This document shows positions 8,211-16,999 of a stretch of 30,999 nt of DNA, one piece after another; the stretch's first letter is position 1; each line of letters starts with the position of its first letter. The notes below the pieces were generated by a model. The model was not told where the DNA came from, did not search any database, and worked only from the letters and a program-made list of their open reading frames with translations. The translations under genes and the position numbers were made by a program. The DNA is from Dehalococcoidia bacterium (GTDB taxonomy: Bacteria; Chloroflexota; Dehalococcoidia; GIF9; AB-539-J10). Location of the stretch: contig JAWOGR010000105.1 of NCBI GenBank assembly GCA_046496625.1, positions 1 through 30,999 on the forward strand, read 5' to 3'.

Positions 8211-9590
8211 TCAGGGTAACAGCCTTAGTATCGTGTGGGCGATGCCGAAATAGAGCAGCACGCCGAATATGTCCATTACCGTCGTTATGAAGGGTGCGGA
8301 CACAAGGGCCGGGTCGGTTCTGAGTCGACGGAAGAGAAAGGGTAAGGCGCCCCCTATCAGGGTTGCCATCACTGATATACCGAACAGGGTGGTGCTTACG
8401 ATTATCGCTACCCGCAGGTCACCGCTGAGCATACGCGACCAGGCGAGGGTAATGGCGCCGAGTACAACGCCCAGGATGGCACCTATTCCTACCTCGCGCA
8501 TGATGACAGATAGGGCTCTTCTCGGGTTCACCTCCCCGGTGGCCAGCCCGCGGATAACGACGGTGGCCGACTGTGCACCCACGTTCCCACCGGTGCCAAT
8601 CAGTAGAGGGATGAATGCGGCCAGTATGAGTATCTCCCCGAGCAAATCTCCTTCTCCGGCGATGATGGAGCCGGTGATCGTGTTGACCACGATAAGCAAT
8701 AGCAGCCAAGTGGCCCTCCGGCGTACTACGCTGAGGATGCGGCTGGCGAAGTAGCCTCGCTCGGTACCGGACACGGCACCGAAGCGGTAGATATCTTCGG
8801 TGGCCTCCCGCTCGACGATGTCGACTACGTCGTCGTAGGTGATGATACCGACGAGGCGCTGTTCCGCGTCGACCACGGGAATGGCCAGGAGTTCGTGCTC
8901 CCGGAGTTCCTTGGCCGCTTCCTCACGGTCGGTGTAGGTATATACGAATGGTGGCTCCGGAGTCATAATGTCGGACACCCTGGCGTCGGGATCGGCGATG
9001 ACCATGTCCTTGAGTGAGATGGTACCTATGAGGTGACGTCGGCGGTCCATTACGTAGCATTCGTAGACTGTTTCGCGGTTGATGGCGAGGCGTCTGACTC
9101 TATCCAGGGCCTGTGAGACGGTCATGTCGCCGTGCAGGTCGACGAAGAGGGGAGTCATCTCACGTCCGGCTGTCCCATCCTCGTAGCCCAGCAAGCGCAT
9201 GGTGAGGCGGCGCTGATCGGGTGAGAGTATCTGCAGGAGCCTTCGGGCTACCTTGGCGGGGACCTCGTCCAGCAACTCGGCTCTGTCGTCGGGAGGCATT
9301 GCTTCGAGAAGGCTTCTTGCTGCCTGGTCGCTGAAGGCCTCAAGAAGGAGGTTCTGCAGGGCGCCGTCCATCTCGTCAAAGACATCAACAGCGAGGTCCT
9401 TGGGGAGTAGGCGAAACGAGATGACAGCCTTGTCGGCCGGTGCGGCGGCCAGCAGATCCGCGATGCCGGAGGGGTCCAGAGTTGCCAGCCTCTCCCGCAA
9501 CGCTCTGTACTGCCTGTTATCCAGGAGTTCCCTGAAGGTGTCTTCGTTGAGGGTCTCCTTCTGTTGCCTGTCCTGAGTATCCTCGCTCAT
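8211..9590 (-). CDS. mgtE: Magnesium transporter MgtE
   Basis: N-domain, tandem CBS domains, GTGGNVGAQS and DPALVSAPFITTVMDIFG (conserved Mg-binding Asp) motifs. Confidence 0.96.
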   Translation of the reverse strand: MSEDTQDRQQKETLNEDTFRELLDNRQYRALRERLATLDPSGIADLLAAAPADKAVISFRLLPKDLAVDVFDEMDGALQNLLLEAFSDQAARSLLEAMPPDDRAELLDEVPAKVARRLLQILSPDQRRLTMRLLGYEDGTAGREMTPLFVDLHGDMTVSQALDRVRRLAINRETVYECYVMDRRRHLIGTISLKDMVIADPDARVSDIMTPEPPFVYTYTDREEAAKELREHELLAIPVVDAEQRLVGIITYDDVVDIVEREATEDIYRFGAVSGTERGYFASRILSVVRRRATWLLLLIVVNTITGSIIAGEGDLLGEILILAAFIPLLIGTGGNVGAQSATVVIRGLATGEVNPRRALSVIMREVGIGAILGVVLGAITLAWSRMLSGDLRVAIIVSTTLFGISVMATLIGGALPFLFRRLRTDPALVSAPFITTVMDIFGVLLYFGIAHTILRLLP

Positions 9591-9597
9591 GCTACTA

Positions 9598-9635
9598 CAG
9601 AAACAAAAGGCCCCACGTCCGGTGGGACGTGGGGC
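9598..9635 (-). terminator. Intrinsic terminator/attenuator hairpin just upstream of the mgtE start
   Basis: Minus strand GCCCCACGTCC-CACC-GGACGTGGGGC (perfect 11-bp stem) followed by CTTTTGTTTCTG. Confidence 0.85.
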
Positions 9636-9659
9636 GCATACGCCTTAATCAGTGGCGTT

Positions 9660-9743
9660 CTATGGCAAACCCCACCACCATCGAACGAAAACAGAAATCT
9701 GTTGCCGCTTATGATATGGATCCGGTGATCCCTTCGTTTCCAT
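9660..9743 (-). CDS. Putative mgtE leader peptide, 27 aa: METKGSPDPYHKRQQISVFVRWWWGLP
   Basis: ATG at 9743 lies about 18 nt after the predicted transcription start; TAG at 9660-9662 lies 25 nt before the terminator stem; PDP and WWW motifs. Confidence 0.7.
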   Translation of the reverse strand: METKGSPDPYHKRQQISVFVRWWWGLP

Positions 9744-9767
9744 TCTCAATATCTCGTTCCAGCTTCG

Positions 9768-9796
9768 ATTATAGCTCCCTCATACTATGATGTCAA
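9768..9796 (-). promoter_or_regulatory. Consensus sigma70 promoter driving the leader peptide and mgtE
   Basis: TTGACA (9796-9791), 17 nt spacer, TATAAT (9773-9768) on the minus strand. Confidence 0.9.
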
Positions 9797-9930
9797 TCGA
9801 GAAGAGCCCGTTTCTTGGCATCTGCCTGTTGTCTGTGCGGGTTGATATCAGCCCGTTCGATCATAGTGTCACCAGTTCCTTTCGGGCAGGGAGCGTGTCT
9901 GGAGCCTGGCCCGAGCAGCGAGCCCCGAGG

Positions 9931-9961
9931 GTTAACAATTTGTTAACATTTCTGATATAAC
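9931..9961 (+). promoter_or_regulatory. Putative OmpR-family binding site plus extended -10 for the two-component operon
   Basis: GTTAACA at 9931-9937 and 9942-9948 (11-nt period) over the -35 position; TGaTATAAC at 9953-9961. Confidence 0.6.
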
Positions 9962-9998
9962 ATGAAAGTGACAGCGAAGATACCCGGGAGGTCGGAAG

Positions 9999-10688
9999 TT
10001 GACTGAGAAGAAGGTTCTCGTAGTTGATGACGATGTTAAGACCGTGGATCTGATCAAGCTGTACCTGAACAGGGACGGCTACGAGGTTCTAACTGCTCAT
10101 GATGGGTTTGAGGCGCTGCGAGTAGCCCGGGATGGGAATCCCGACCTCATTGTGCTCGACCTTATGCTTCCCGACATGGATGGCCTGGAGGTCTGTCGCA
10201 CTCTCAGAGATGAGTGCGATGTGCCGATCATAATGCTTACCGCCAGGACAACCGACCAGGACAAGCTGACTGGACTCGACTCTGGAGCAGATGACTATGT
10301 GACGAAGCCGTTCAGTCCCAGGGAGCTGGCGGCCCGGATACGGGCGGTGCTGAGGCGTCTTCCGGGAGAACGCGGCCCGGTGGAAGTCACACATGGCGAG
10401 CTTACTATGAATTTCGTCAGACGGGAAGCCTGGCTTGCCGGAAAGCCGCTGACTCTGACGGATGTTGAGTTCAAGTTGCTGGGGGTTCTCTGCCGGGAGC
10501 CGGCCCGGGTCTTCAGCCGGGGAGACCTCATTGAAAGAGCTCTGGGCTATGACTTTGCGGGTTTCGATCGCACCATAGATGTTCATATACTTAACCTGCG
10601 CCGCAAGATCGAGCCATCGCCGAACCATCCCAGGTACATAAGGACGGTGTACGGAGCGGGCTACAAGTTCGTGGGAGATGAGGAGTGA
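9999..10688 (+). CDS. OmpR/PhoB-family response regulator
   Basis: [16 protein letters not shown] (phospho-Asp), DDYVTKPF, and winged-helix [27 protein letters not shown]. Confidence 0.96.
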   Translation: MTEKKVLVVDDDVKTVDLIKLYLNRDGYEVLTAHDGFEALRVARDGNPDLIVLDLMLPDMDGLEVCRTLRDECDVPIIMLTARTTDQDKLTGLDSGADDYVTKPFSPRELAARIRAVLRRLPGERGPVEVTHGELTMNFVRREAWLAGKPLTLTDVEFKLLGVLCREPARVFSRGDLIERALGYDFAGFDRTIDVHILNLRRKIEPSPNHPRYIRTVYGAGYKFVGDEE

Positions 10689-12061
10689 CACACAGCCTGT
10701 GGTTCCGGTTGCTGATAGCTTTCGCGCTGGTTATCGTGGTGACCATCGGCACCGTCTACGGCTTCGTCAGCAGGGGCATCAGAGGAGAAATCGAACGTTA
10801 CGAGGAGATAAAGGAGCAGATCTACATCGTTGAGACACAAGAAGTGCTGGCCGGTCATTATCATGATTCCGGTAGCTGGGATGGTGTTCAGTATGTTGCC
10901 GGGAACATGTCGGCCGTGTCAGGGTCGCGTATCATATTGACTGATGTGGCCGGCGTGGTAATCGCTGACTCGAAGAATGAATTGCGAGCAGGGCAGCAGT
11001 TTCAGCCCGACTCAACTGACGCTCTTCGGGGCAACTACTTCGTGGTATTCTCCGAGGACTGGGAGGAGCCGATCACTCTCAGCCTCTATATGGAGCCGGG
11101 GCAGTTGGGCGGCGACGATGCTGGTTCGCCGCAGGTATTCGCTGCTGCCATTAACCGCTTTCTCATGCTGGGTGGGTTGCTGGCCGTTGCGATCGCTTTG
11201 TTGTTGACGTTTGTCTTATCGCGAAGGATGTCCTCGCCCATAGGTGTCCTTGCCACGGCTGCCAGGCGATTGGGAAGCGGGGAGTTGTCGCAGAGGGTGA
11301 GACTCAGGGAGAAGGGCGAGGTACAGGAACTCGCTCAAGCGTTTAACACGATGGCAGCTGATCTGGAGCACGCAGAGCAGTTGAGGCGCAACCTGGTTGC
11401 AGATGTTGCCCATGAACTGAGAACTCCTCTATCCAATATCCGGGGCTACCTGGAAGCTATCCATGATGGAGTGATGAAACCAGATGTGGCCACCATCCGT
11501 TCTCTGAATGAGGAGGCAGGTCTTCTGTCGCGGCTGGTCGATGAGCTGCAGGAGTTGAGCCTTGCCGAGGCCGGTGAGCTTAAGATGGTCTTCCAGGCGG
11601 AGGATGTCGCTGACCTTATCAGGCAGGCGGTGGCCTCCTGGCAGCCACAGGTTGCAGCTAAGGATATATCCCTTTCGACGGACCTACCCGAAAAGCTCCC
11701 GCCGGTGAAGATCGACTGGCAACGAGTAAGCCAGGTGCTGTATAATCTGCTCGAGAATGCTGTGTCCCATACGGGCAGGGGCGGCACCATCGTTGTCGCT
11801 GCTGCGAAGCAGGGCCATTGGGTGGAGGTTAGTGTATCTGACACGGGGGAAGGCATTCCCGCCGCTGATCTGCCCAATGTCTTTGAGCGTTTCTACCGGG
11901 TCGATAGGTCACGTGCCAGGGCTACCGGGGGCAGCGGCCTGGGACTCACCATCGCCAAGCGCATGGTGGAAGCTCACGGCGGGAGGATCGAGGCCCAGAG
12001 TAAGCTTGGAAGAGGCAGCCGCTTTTTTTTCACCGTCCCCATCTCGGGGGGACTGCTGTGA
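10685..12061 (+). CDS. Sensor histidine kinase (BaeS-like; two TM segments, HAMP, HisKA, HATPase)
   Basis: [10 protein letters not shown]-box, NLLENA N-box, DTGEGI and GGSGLGL G-boxes; GTGA overlap with the regulator. Confidence 0.95.
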   Translation: MTHSLWFRLLIAFALVIVVTIGTVYGFVSRGIRGEIERYEEIKEQIYIVETQEVLAGHYHDSGSWDGVQYVAGNMSAVSGSRIILTDVAGVVIADSKNELRAGQQFQPDSTDALRGNYFVVFSEDWEEPITLSLYMEPGQLGGDDAGSPQVFAAAINRFLMLGGLLAVAIALLLTFVLSRRMSSPIGVLATAARRLGSGELSQRVRLREKGEVQELAQAFNTMAADLEHAEQLRRNLVADVAHELRTPLSNIRGYLEAIHDGVMKPDVATIRSLNEEAGLLSRLVDELQELSLAEAGELKMVFQAEDVADLIRQAVASWQPQVAAKDISLSTDLPEKLPPVKIDWQRVSQVLYNLLENAVSHTGRGGTIVVAAAKQGHWVEVSVSDTGEGIPAADLPNVFERFYRVDRSRARATGGSGLGLTIAKRMVEAHGGRIEAQSKLGRGSRFFFTVPISGGLL

Positions 12062-12143
12062 ACTGCTACACAGGGGGGTTTAGATCATGCGCTCCTGCCG
12101 GTCGACGGCGTTGCTGCGAGGGTTTCTCGGAAGGAATCTGCGT

Positions 12144-12233
12144 ATGAGCATGAAGCTGTTGGTCGGTCTACTGGCCCTGGGGGTGACCATGATAGTGGTG
12201 GGTCTGGTGATAGTGTTTGTGGGACTGCCGTAG
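12144..12233 (+). CDS. 29-aa single-TM small protein MSMKLLVGLLALGVTMIVVGLVIVFVGLP
   Basis: GGAAGGA about 8 nt upstream of ATG 12144; almost entirely hydrophobic; TAG at 12231-12233. Confidence 0.55.
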   Translation: MSMKLLVGLLALGVTMIVVGLVIVFVGLP

Positions 12234-12320
12234 TTCGGCCCGGTCCTTCAGCCTCCATTCCGGCTGCTCCGGCTCTAGGACTGTGGCATGGAGGCAGTCC
12301 GGTTGATCCGGGTATCAGGG

Positions 12321-14159
12321 TTAGCCGGTGGCCGGGCGTGGTGCCAGACCTTCGAAGATTCGCTTGAGGTCGGGTTCGTCCAATGTCTCGCGAGATATAA
12401 GCTCTTGAGAGAGCTGTTTCAGTTTCTCCTTGTTCGCGGTAAGGACCTTCTTGGCGGTATTGTAGGCCTGCTGGACGATGGCGTGAACCTCGGCATCGAT
12501 GGCATCGGCTATCTTGTCGCCATAGTCCTTGTGCTCGCTGATCTCGCGGCCCAGAAAGACAAGTTCCTGTTTCTGGCCGAACGTCCGTGGACCCAGCTTC
12601 TCGCTCATGCCGTACTCAACGACCATCTTTCTGGCCAGCTTGGTCGCCCTCTCGAGGTCGTCTTGAGCACCGGTAGTTACGTCGCCGAATATGATCTCCT
12701 CGGCCACACGTCCGCCCAGGCCCACGGCCAGCCTATCGTGGAATTGCGACTTTGTCCAGAGATAGCGGTCTTCCGCCGGCAAAAAGCGCGTCCAGCCACC
12801 TGCCATGCCACGAGCGACAACTGAGATCTTGTGGACGGGGTCGGCATTAGGCAACATCCTCGCGGTAAGGGCATGTCCGCTCTCGTGGTAGGCGATTATC
12901 TCCTTCTCCCTGGGGCTTATCACCCGGCTTCTCCTCTCCGGTCCGGCCATAGTGCGGTCGGCGGCATCCTCAAGCTCCTTCAGTGTTATGTCCTTGCGGT
13001 TACGGCGGGCAGCCAGGATGGCGGCTTCATTGACAAGATTGGCCAGGTCGGCGCCGCTGAATCCGGGCGTACCCTTGGCAACGGTCTCCAGATCGGTGTC
13101 CTTGGCCAGCGGCTTGCCTTTGCCATGTACCTCCAGGATCGCCTTGCGGCCCTTTATGTCGGGCAGGTCGATTACTATGTGGCGGTCGAAGCGGCCGGGA
13201 CGGAGCAGGGCCGGATCGAGGATGTCGGGGCGGTTGGTGGCAGCCATGACGATGATGTTCACGCTGGTATCGAAGCCGTCCATCTCGGCCAGAATCTGGT
13301 TGAGCGTCTGTTCCCTTTCGTCGTGCCCTCCACCCAGACCCGCTCCACGGTGTCGGCCTACGGCGTCTATCTCGTCGATGAACATCAGGCACGGCGCATT
13401 GCGCTTGGCCTGCTCGAACAGGTCCCTGACCCTGGCCGCCCCCACACCGACGAACATTTCGACGAACTCACTTCCACTGATGGAGAAGAATGGTACCCTG
13501 GCCTCTCCGGCTATGGCCTTGGCCAGCAAGGTCTTGCCCGTTCCCGGAGGGCCTACGAGGAGCACACCCCTTGGAATACGTCCACCGAGAGCCTGGAACT
13601 TCTGGGGAGCCTTGAGGAACTCCACTACTTCCTGCACCTCCTCTTTGGCCTCCTCTGCCCCGGCGACATCGGCAAACGTAACATCGGGTCTGTTGTCGAG
13701 ACGCAATCGTGCCTTGCTCTTGCTGAAGTTAAAGGCCTGAGTGCCGGCCCCGCGCGCGGCGCGGAAGAAGAGAAAGTAGAACAGGGCACCGAGCAGAACA
13801 ATCGGCAGGAGCACTGTAAGGGCTATCGAGCCCCAGTCAAAGCCGCTCTCTACAGCAAAAAACTGTATCCCGTTGGCTTGCAGGTTCACTCCACGGCCCT
13901 CCAGGTAATCGACAACAGCATCGGTATCACCCCTGAACACCGTCGTGATCAGAGCCTTGTCGTCCTTCAGGCCGGTCAGCTTCTGGCCGTCATGTTCTAT
14001 GGTGTCGATCTCCTGTTGCTGAGCCGCCTCAACGAACTGGAACAGGCTTACCTCCTCAGGTCTCAGGGCTAAGCTGTTCAAGGCGAAGAGAACGAGAGCC
14101 ACCACTGCTACCAGCAGTAGCATGTAGAAGAAGCCGCTACGCCACCATTTTGCCTGCAT
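12321..14159 (-). CDS. ftsH: ATP-dependent zinc metalloprotease FtsH
   Basis: Two TM segments, Walker A GPPGTGKT, Walker [36 protein letters not shown] zinc motif. Confidence 0.98.
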   Translation of the reverse strand: MQAKWWRSGFFYMLLLVAVVALVLFALNSLALRPEEVSLFQFVEAAQQQEIDTIEHDGQKLTGLKDDKALITTVFRGDTDAVVDYLEGRGVNLQANGIQFFAVESGFDWGSIALTVLLPIVLLGALFYFLFFRAARGAGTQAFNFSKSKARLRLDNRPDVTFADVAGAEEAKEEVQEVVEFLKAPQKFQALGGRIPRGVLLVGPPGTGKTLLAKAIAGEARVPFFSISGSEFVEMFVGVGAARVRDLFEQAKRNAPCLMFIDEIDAVGRHRGAGLGGGHDEREQTLNQILAEMDGFDTSVNIIVMAATNRPDILDPALLRPGRFDRHIVIDLPDIKGRKAILEVHGKGKPLAKDTDLETVAKGTPGFSGADLANLVNEAAILAARRNRKDITLKELEDAADRTMAGPERRSRVISPREKEIIAYHESGHALTARMLPNADPVHKISVVARGMAGGWTRFLPAEDRYLWTKSQFHDRLAVGLGGRVAEEIIFGDVTTGAQDDLERATKLARKMVVEYGMSEKLGPRTFGQKQELVFLGREISEHKDYGDKIADAIDAEVHAIVQQAYNTAKKVLTANKEKLKQLSQELISRETLDEPDLKRIFEGLAPRPATG

Positions 14160-14329
14160 ACGCTCTAACCGTGTTAGTATAGCAGAAATATGTCAAGCTG
14201 AGAAACGATGCTATCTGGCCGGCCTGAGAGTATGCCGTCTCAGGTGCGGAGCCTCGCTGTTCACAGGCCAGATCGGGCTGTTCACGGTTTGCCGCAGGTG
14301 ATATACTAGAGGAGGAGGTTATCGGCTTT

Positions 14330-14674
14330 CTGGAAGCAGAGGGAATAGCGCGCCTGGCGACGGAACTGGCGTCCGACAAGCAAGCAAGGGATATTGCTCT
14401 GCTGGACGTGAGGGCCGTATGCTCCTTTGCCGACTACTTCGTCATCTGCACAGGAGATAACTGGCGTCATATCGAAGCTATCTGGAAGGACATCGCTGAG
14501 GTCCTCAAACGCAAGGGCGTGTTGCCTCTTCACAATGAAGGAACTCCTGACTCCGGCTGGGTGCTGACCGATTTCGGCCCGGTTATCGTTCACATATTCG
14601 CGCCAACAGAGAGGGACTATTATCAACTGGATAAGCTGTGGGATAAGGCGGTCCCGGTGGTCAGGATTCAGTAG
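14330..14674 (+). CDS. rsfS: Ribosome silencing factor; likely CTG start at 14330
   Basis: ASDKQARDIALLDV, FADYFVICTG, GWVLTDFGPVIVHIF, RDYYQLDKLW; AGGAGGAGG at 14310-14318. Confidence 0.92.
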   Translation: MEAEGIARLATELASDKQARDIALLDVRAVCSFADYFVICTGDNWRHIEAIWKDIAEVLKRKGVLPLHNEGTPDSGWVLTDFGPVIVHIFAPTERDYYQLDKLWDKAVPVVRIQ

Positions 14675-15114
14675 ATCCAGCGATCAATCTCGCGGTCGTA
14701 GCTCAAGATGTCCTCCGCTGTGAAGAACAGGTCTATCTCCGTCGAGGCGTTCTCCAGCGAATCCGAGCCGTGTATCAGGTTGTGCCCTATGTCCATGCCC
14801 ATGTCACCCCTTATTGTGCCCGTGGAGGCCTTAGTCGGATCAGTCTGCCCCGCCATCTGCCTTATCGCCTCCACTGCATTGTTGCCCTGAAAGACTATGG
14901 CGACGATCGGGCCTGAGGTGATGAAACGCACCAGGTCTTCGTAGAACGGTTTCCCCGTGTGAATGGCATAGTGCCTCCGGGCCAGGGCTTCATCCATTCG
15001 CAGCATTCTCATGGCAACGATCTTGAGTCCCTTCTTCTCCAGGCGGGAGATGATCTCACCGGCCAGACCGCGTTGTACCGCATCCGGTTTGATGAGTACC
15101 AGGCTCTTCTCCAT
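14668..15114 (-). CDS. ndk: Nucleoside diphosphate kinase
   Basis: SLVLIKPDAVQRGL, GTIRGD and NLIHGSDS (catalytic His). Confidence 0.97.
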   Translation of the reverse strand: MEKSLVLIKPDAVQRGLAGEIISRLEKKGLKIVAMRMLRMDEALARRHYAIHTGKPFYEDLVRFITSGPIVAIVFQGNNAVEAIRQMAGQTDPTKASTGTIRGDMGMDIGHNLIHGSDSLENASTEIDLFFTAEDILSYDREIDRWIY

Positions 15115-15131
15115 CTTCAAATGGCTCCTTT

Positions 15132-16193
15132 CTAGACCCTCATGAGGAGGGTGATCAAATCCAGGTTCTCCAGCGAATCGACTACTCTGTCGGCCTCCTC
15201 GAGTTCCTGCGGGGGACGCGTGCTCGCTACGGCCAGGCATCTCATTCCCGCAGCTCTGGCTGCCTTTACGCCGAGGGGAGAGTCCTCGATCACCAGACAA
15301 TCACCGGGCGTCAGCCCGAGCCTTTCGGCAGCCGTAAGGCATATCTGCGGGCTGGGTTTGCTTTCGGAGACGTCTCGACCGCAGATAATGCAGTCAAACA
15401 CCCCTTCCAGGCCTAGTTCACCCAGGACCAGTTCGATGTTCTCAACGGGCGCCGAAGATATGAGGCCCAGCCTGAAGTTGCCTTTTCTGATGCTGTGCAG
15501 CAGGCTTACCGCCCCGGGAAGGGGCTTGATATTCCCTGCGGCCTTCCTTCGAAACGCCTTTTCCTTGTCCCCTGCTATGGATGTCACATCCTCTGGGGAG
15601 AGGTTGTCATTGATCACGCTTCTGACTATGAAGTCGCTTCGTGCACCGAAGAGCCTGGAGAAGTCCTCCTCGGTAAACTGTATTCCGCTCCTGGCGAAAG
15701 TCTCCTCCCATGCGGCGAAGTGGATCGGGCCGGTATCCGCGATCACGCCGTCCATATCCCAGAGGATGGCCCTATTCGTGTGTCTCATGACGTAGTACAG
15801 GAAGTCGCCTTCGGCTATAACCGAACCATCGCCGTGGGTAAGCAGGGCCCGGACTTCCACCAGTCTTCTCGTCAGTTTGGTAACCCGGGCGGAGGCACGC
15901 AGGGGCTCGCTGACCGATGCTATCTTCTTGAACTTCACCTCGCTCTTACCGGTAACGGCGAACTCAACGCCTTTGCAGAGGATGGCGTAGAAAGCGAGTT
16001 CATCAAGGAGTGTAAACAGAATGCCGCCGTGTATCGCATCGTTCCAGCCCTGGTGAAACTGCCCGGGGGTGAAGTCTGCGATGACCTGATCTCCATCGTG
16101 AACCGGCTTCAGCTTGAGACCTATAGGGTTCTCCTGCCCGCAGGCGAAGCAGAATCTCGTCGTGTACTCGACAGTTAGTCTGGAGATTTCCAC
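15132..16193 (-). CDS. Fusion of a hotdog-fold thioesterase and a HAD-family (beta-phosphoglucomutase-like) phosphatase
   Basis: N-terminal CFACGQENPIGL..HQGWNDAIHGGILFTLLDE; C-terminal WDMDGVIADT, SSA, KPSP and VIEDSPLG. Confidence 0.88.
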   Translation of the reverse strand: MEISRLTVEYTTRFCFACGQENPIGLKLKPVHDGDQVIADFTPGQFHQGWNDAIHGGILFTLLDELAFYAILCKGVEFAVTGKSEVKFKKIASVSEPLRASARVTKLTRRLVEVRALLTHGDGSVIAEGDFLYYVMRHTNRAILWDMDGVIADTGPIHFAAWEETFARSGIQFTEEDFSRLFGARSDFIVRSVINDNLSPEDVTSIAGDKEKAFRRKAAGNIKPLPGAVSLLHSIRKGNFRLGLISSAPVENIELVLGELGLEGVFDCIICGRDVSESKPSPQICLTAAERLGLTPGDCLVIEDSPLGVKAARAAGMRCLAVASTRPPQELEEADRVVDSLENLDLITLLMRV

Positions 16194-16912
16194 TTGTCCT
16201 TCTCCCTGGTTTCGCTGACGGTGACAAAACGGGGTGTCCTGGCTCTCGGCTTCGTTATGTTAGGAGGCCGAAGGTACAGCGGCTGGAGCGCCGCCGGATC
16301 GTCCCGTGCTCCTTTGCTCAACCGTCGGTATCCTAACGCAGCCAGAGCGCCGCCCCTGAACGGGGTGTTACCCGTGGGAATTATAGCCTTCTTACCCAAA
16401 ATCTGCAGCATGTCGCTCATAACATCCGCAGGTATTTCGCCGCAGAAGAGCGTCCTCCGCCTGGTCTGGCGGCACAGAGCCCTCACCGTAGTTAGGTGTG
16501 TCTCTTCCAGGCAGTGCCATTCATCATTCTCCTGTCGGTAGAGTGCTGTGGCTATCTCTTCGCGGCCGGCCTTGTGAATCGGCCGAAGAGGAAATCCGGT
16601 GAAGCCGAAGGTGAAAGCCTCGGCCTCCAGCGTGTCTACAGCGAGCAGCGGGACCTCCAGGACAAGTGCCAGCCCCTTGGCAGCGCTCATGCCCACGCGG
16701 AGCCCGTTGAAGCTGCCCGGGCCTCTGGCTACGATGACTGCCTCCAAAGAGCTCAGCCTGACTCTCGCCTGCCTTAGCAGGCTGATCAGATTAGGAAGCA
16801 GTTCCCTGCTGTGGTTGCTTGCAGTGAGCCAGGCAAACGAAGACTGCGCCTCACCCTTATGAGAGAGGGTGACGCTGGTCCTATTGGAGGAGGTATCTAT
16901 CGTCAGTTCCAT
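16175..16912 (-). CDS. tsaB: tRNA t6A biosynthesis protein TsaB
   Basis: LTIDTSS, HSRELLP, GPGSFNGLRVG and LQPLYLRPP. Confidence 0.94.
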   Translation of the reverse strand: MELTIDTSSNRTSVTLSHKGEAQSSFAWLTASNHSRELLPNLISLLRQARVRLSSLEAVIVARGPGSFNGLRVGMSAAKGLALVLEVPLLAVDTLEAEAFTFGFTGFPLRPIHKAGREEIATALYRQENDEWHCLEETHLTTVRALCRQTRRRTLFCGEIPADVMSDMLQILGKKAIIPTGNTPFRGGALAALGYRRLSKGARDDPAALQPLYLRPPNITKPRARTPRFVTVSETREKDKWKSPD

Positions 16913-16999
16913 AGGGACAACCCCGAACGCCCTTCCTGAGGCGATGTTGTGCGCCGTGTTGGGACACAGGGCGAGCATGATAGAACAAGATCCATGAGG

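Noticed and set aside
8269-8754. 161-aa plus-strand ORF
   Set aside because: Antisense to the MgtE TM region; no RBS or coherent family motifs.
9600-9770. M-box (ykoK) riboswitch or trp-operon leader
   Set aside because: I could not match M-box conserved segments by eye, and no trp genes lie downstream. An Rfam scan is still needed for formal exclusion.
12831-14072. 413-aa plus-strand ORF, plus 12288-12824 and 12952-13740
   Set aside because: Antisense shadows of ftsH.
14176-14196. TTGACA as the -35 of ftsH
   Set aside because: Only 9 nt from the TATACT box; the extended -10 alone is the better explanation.
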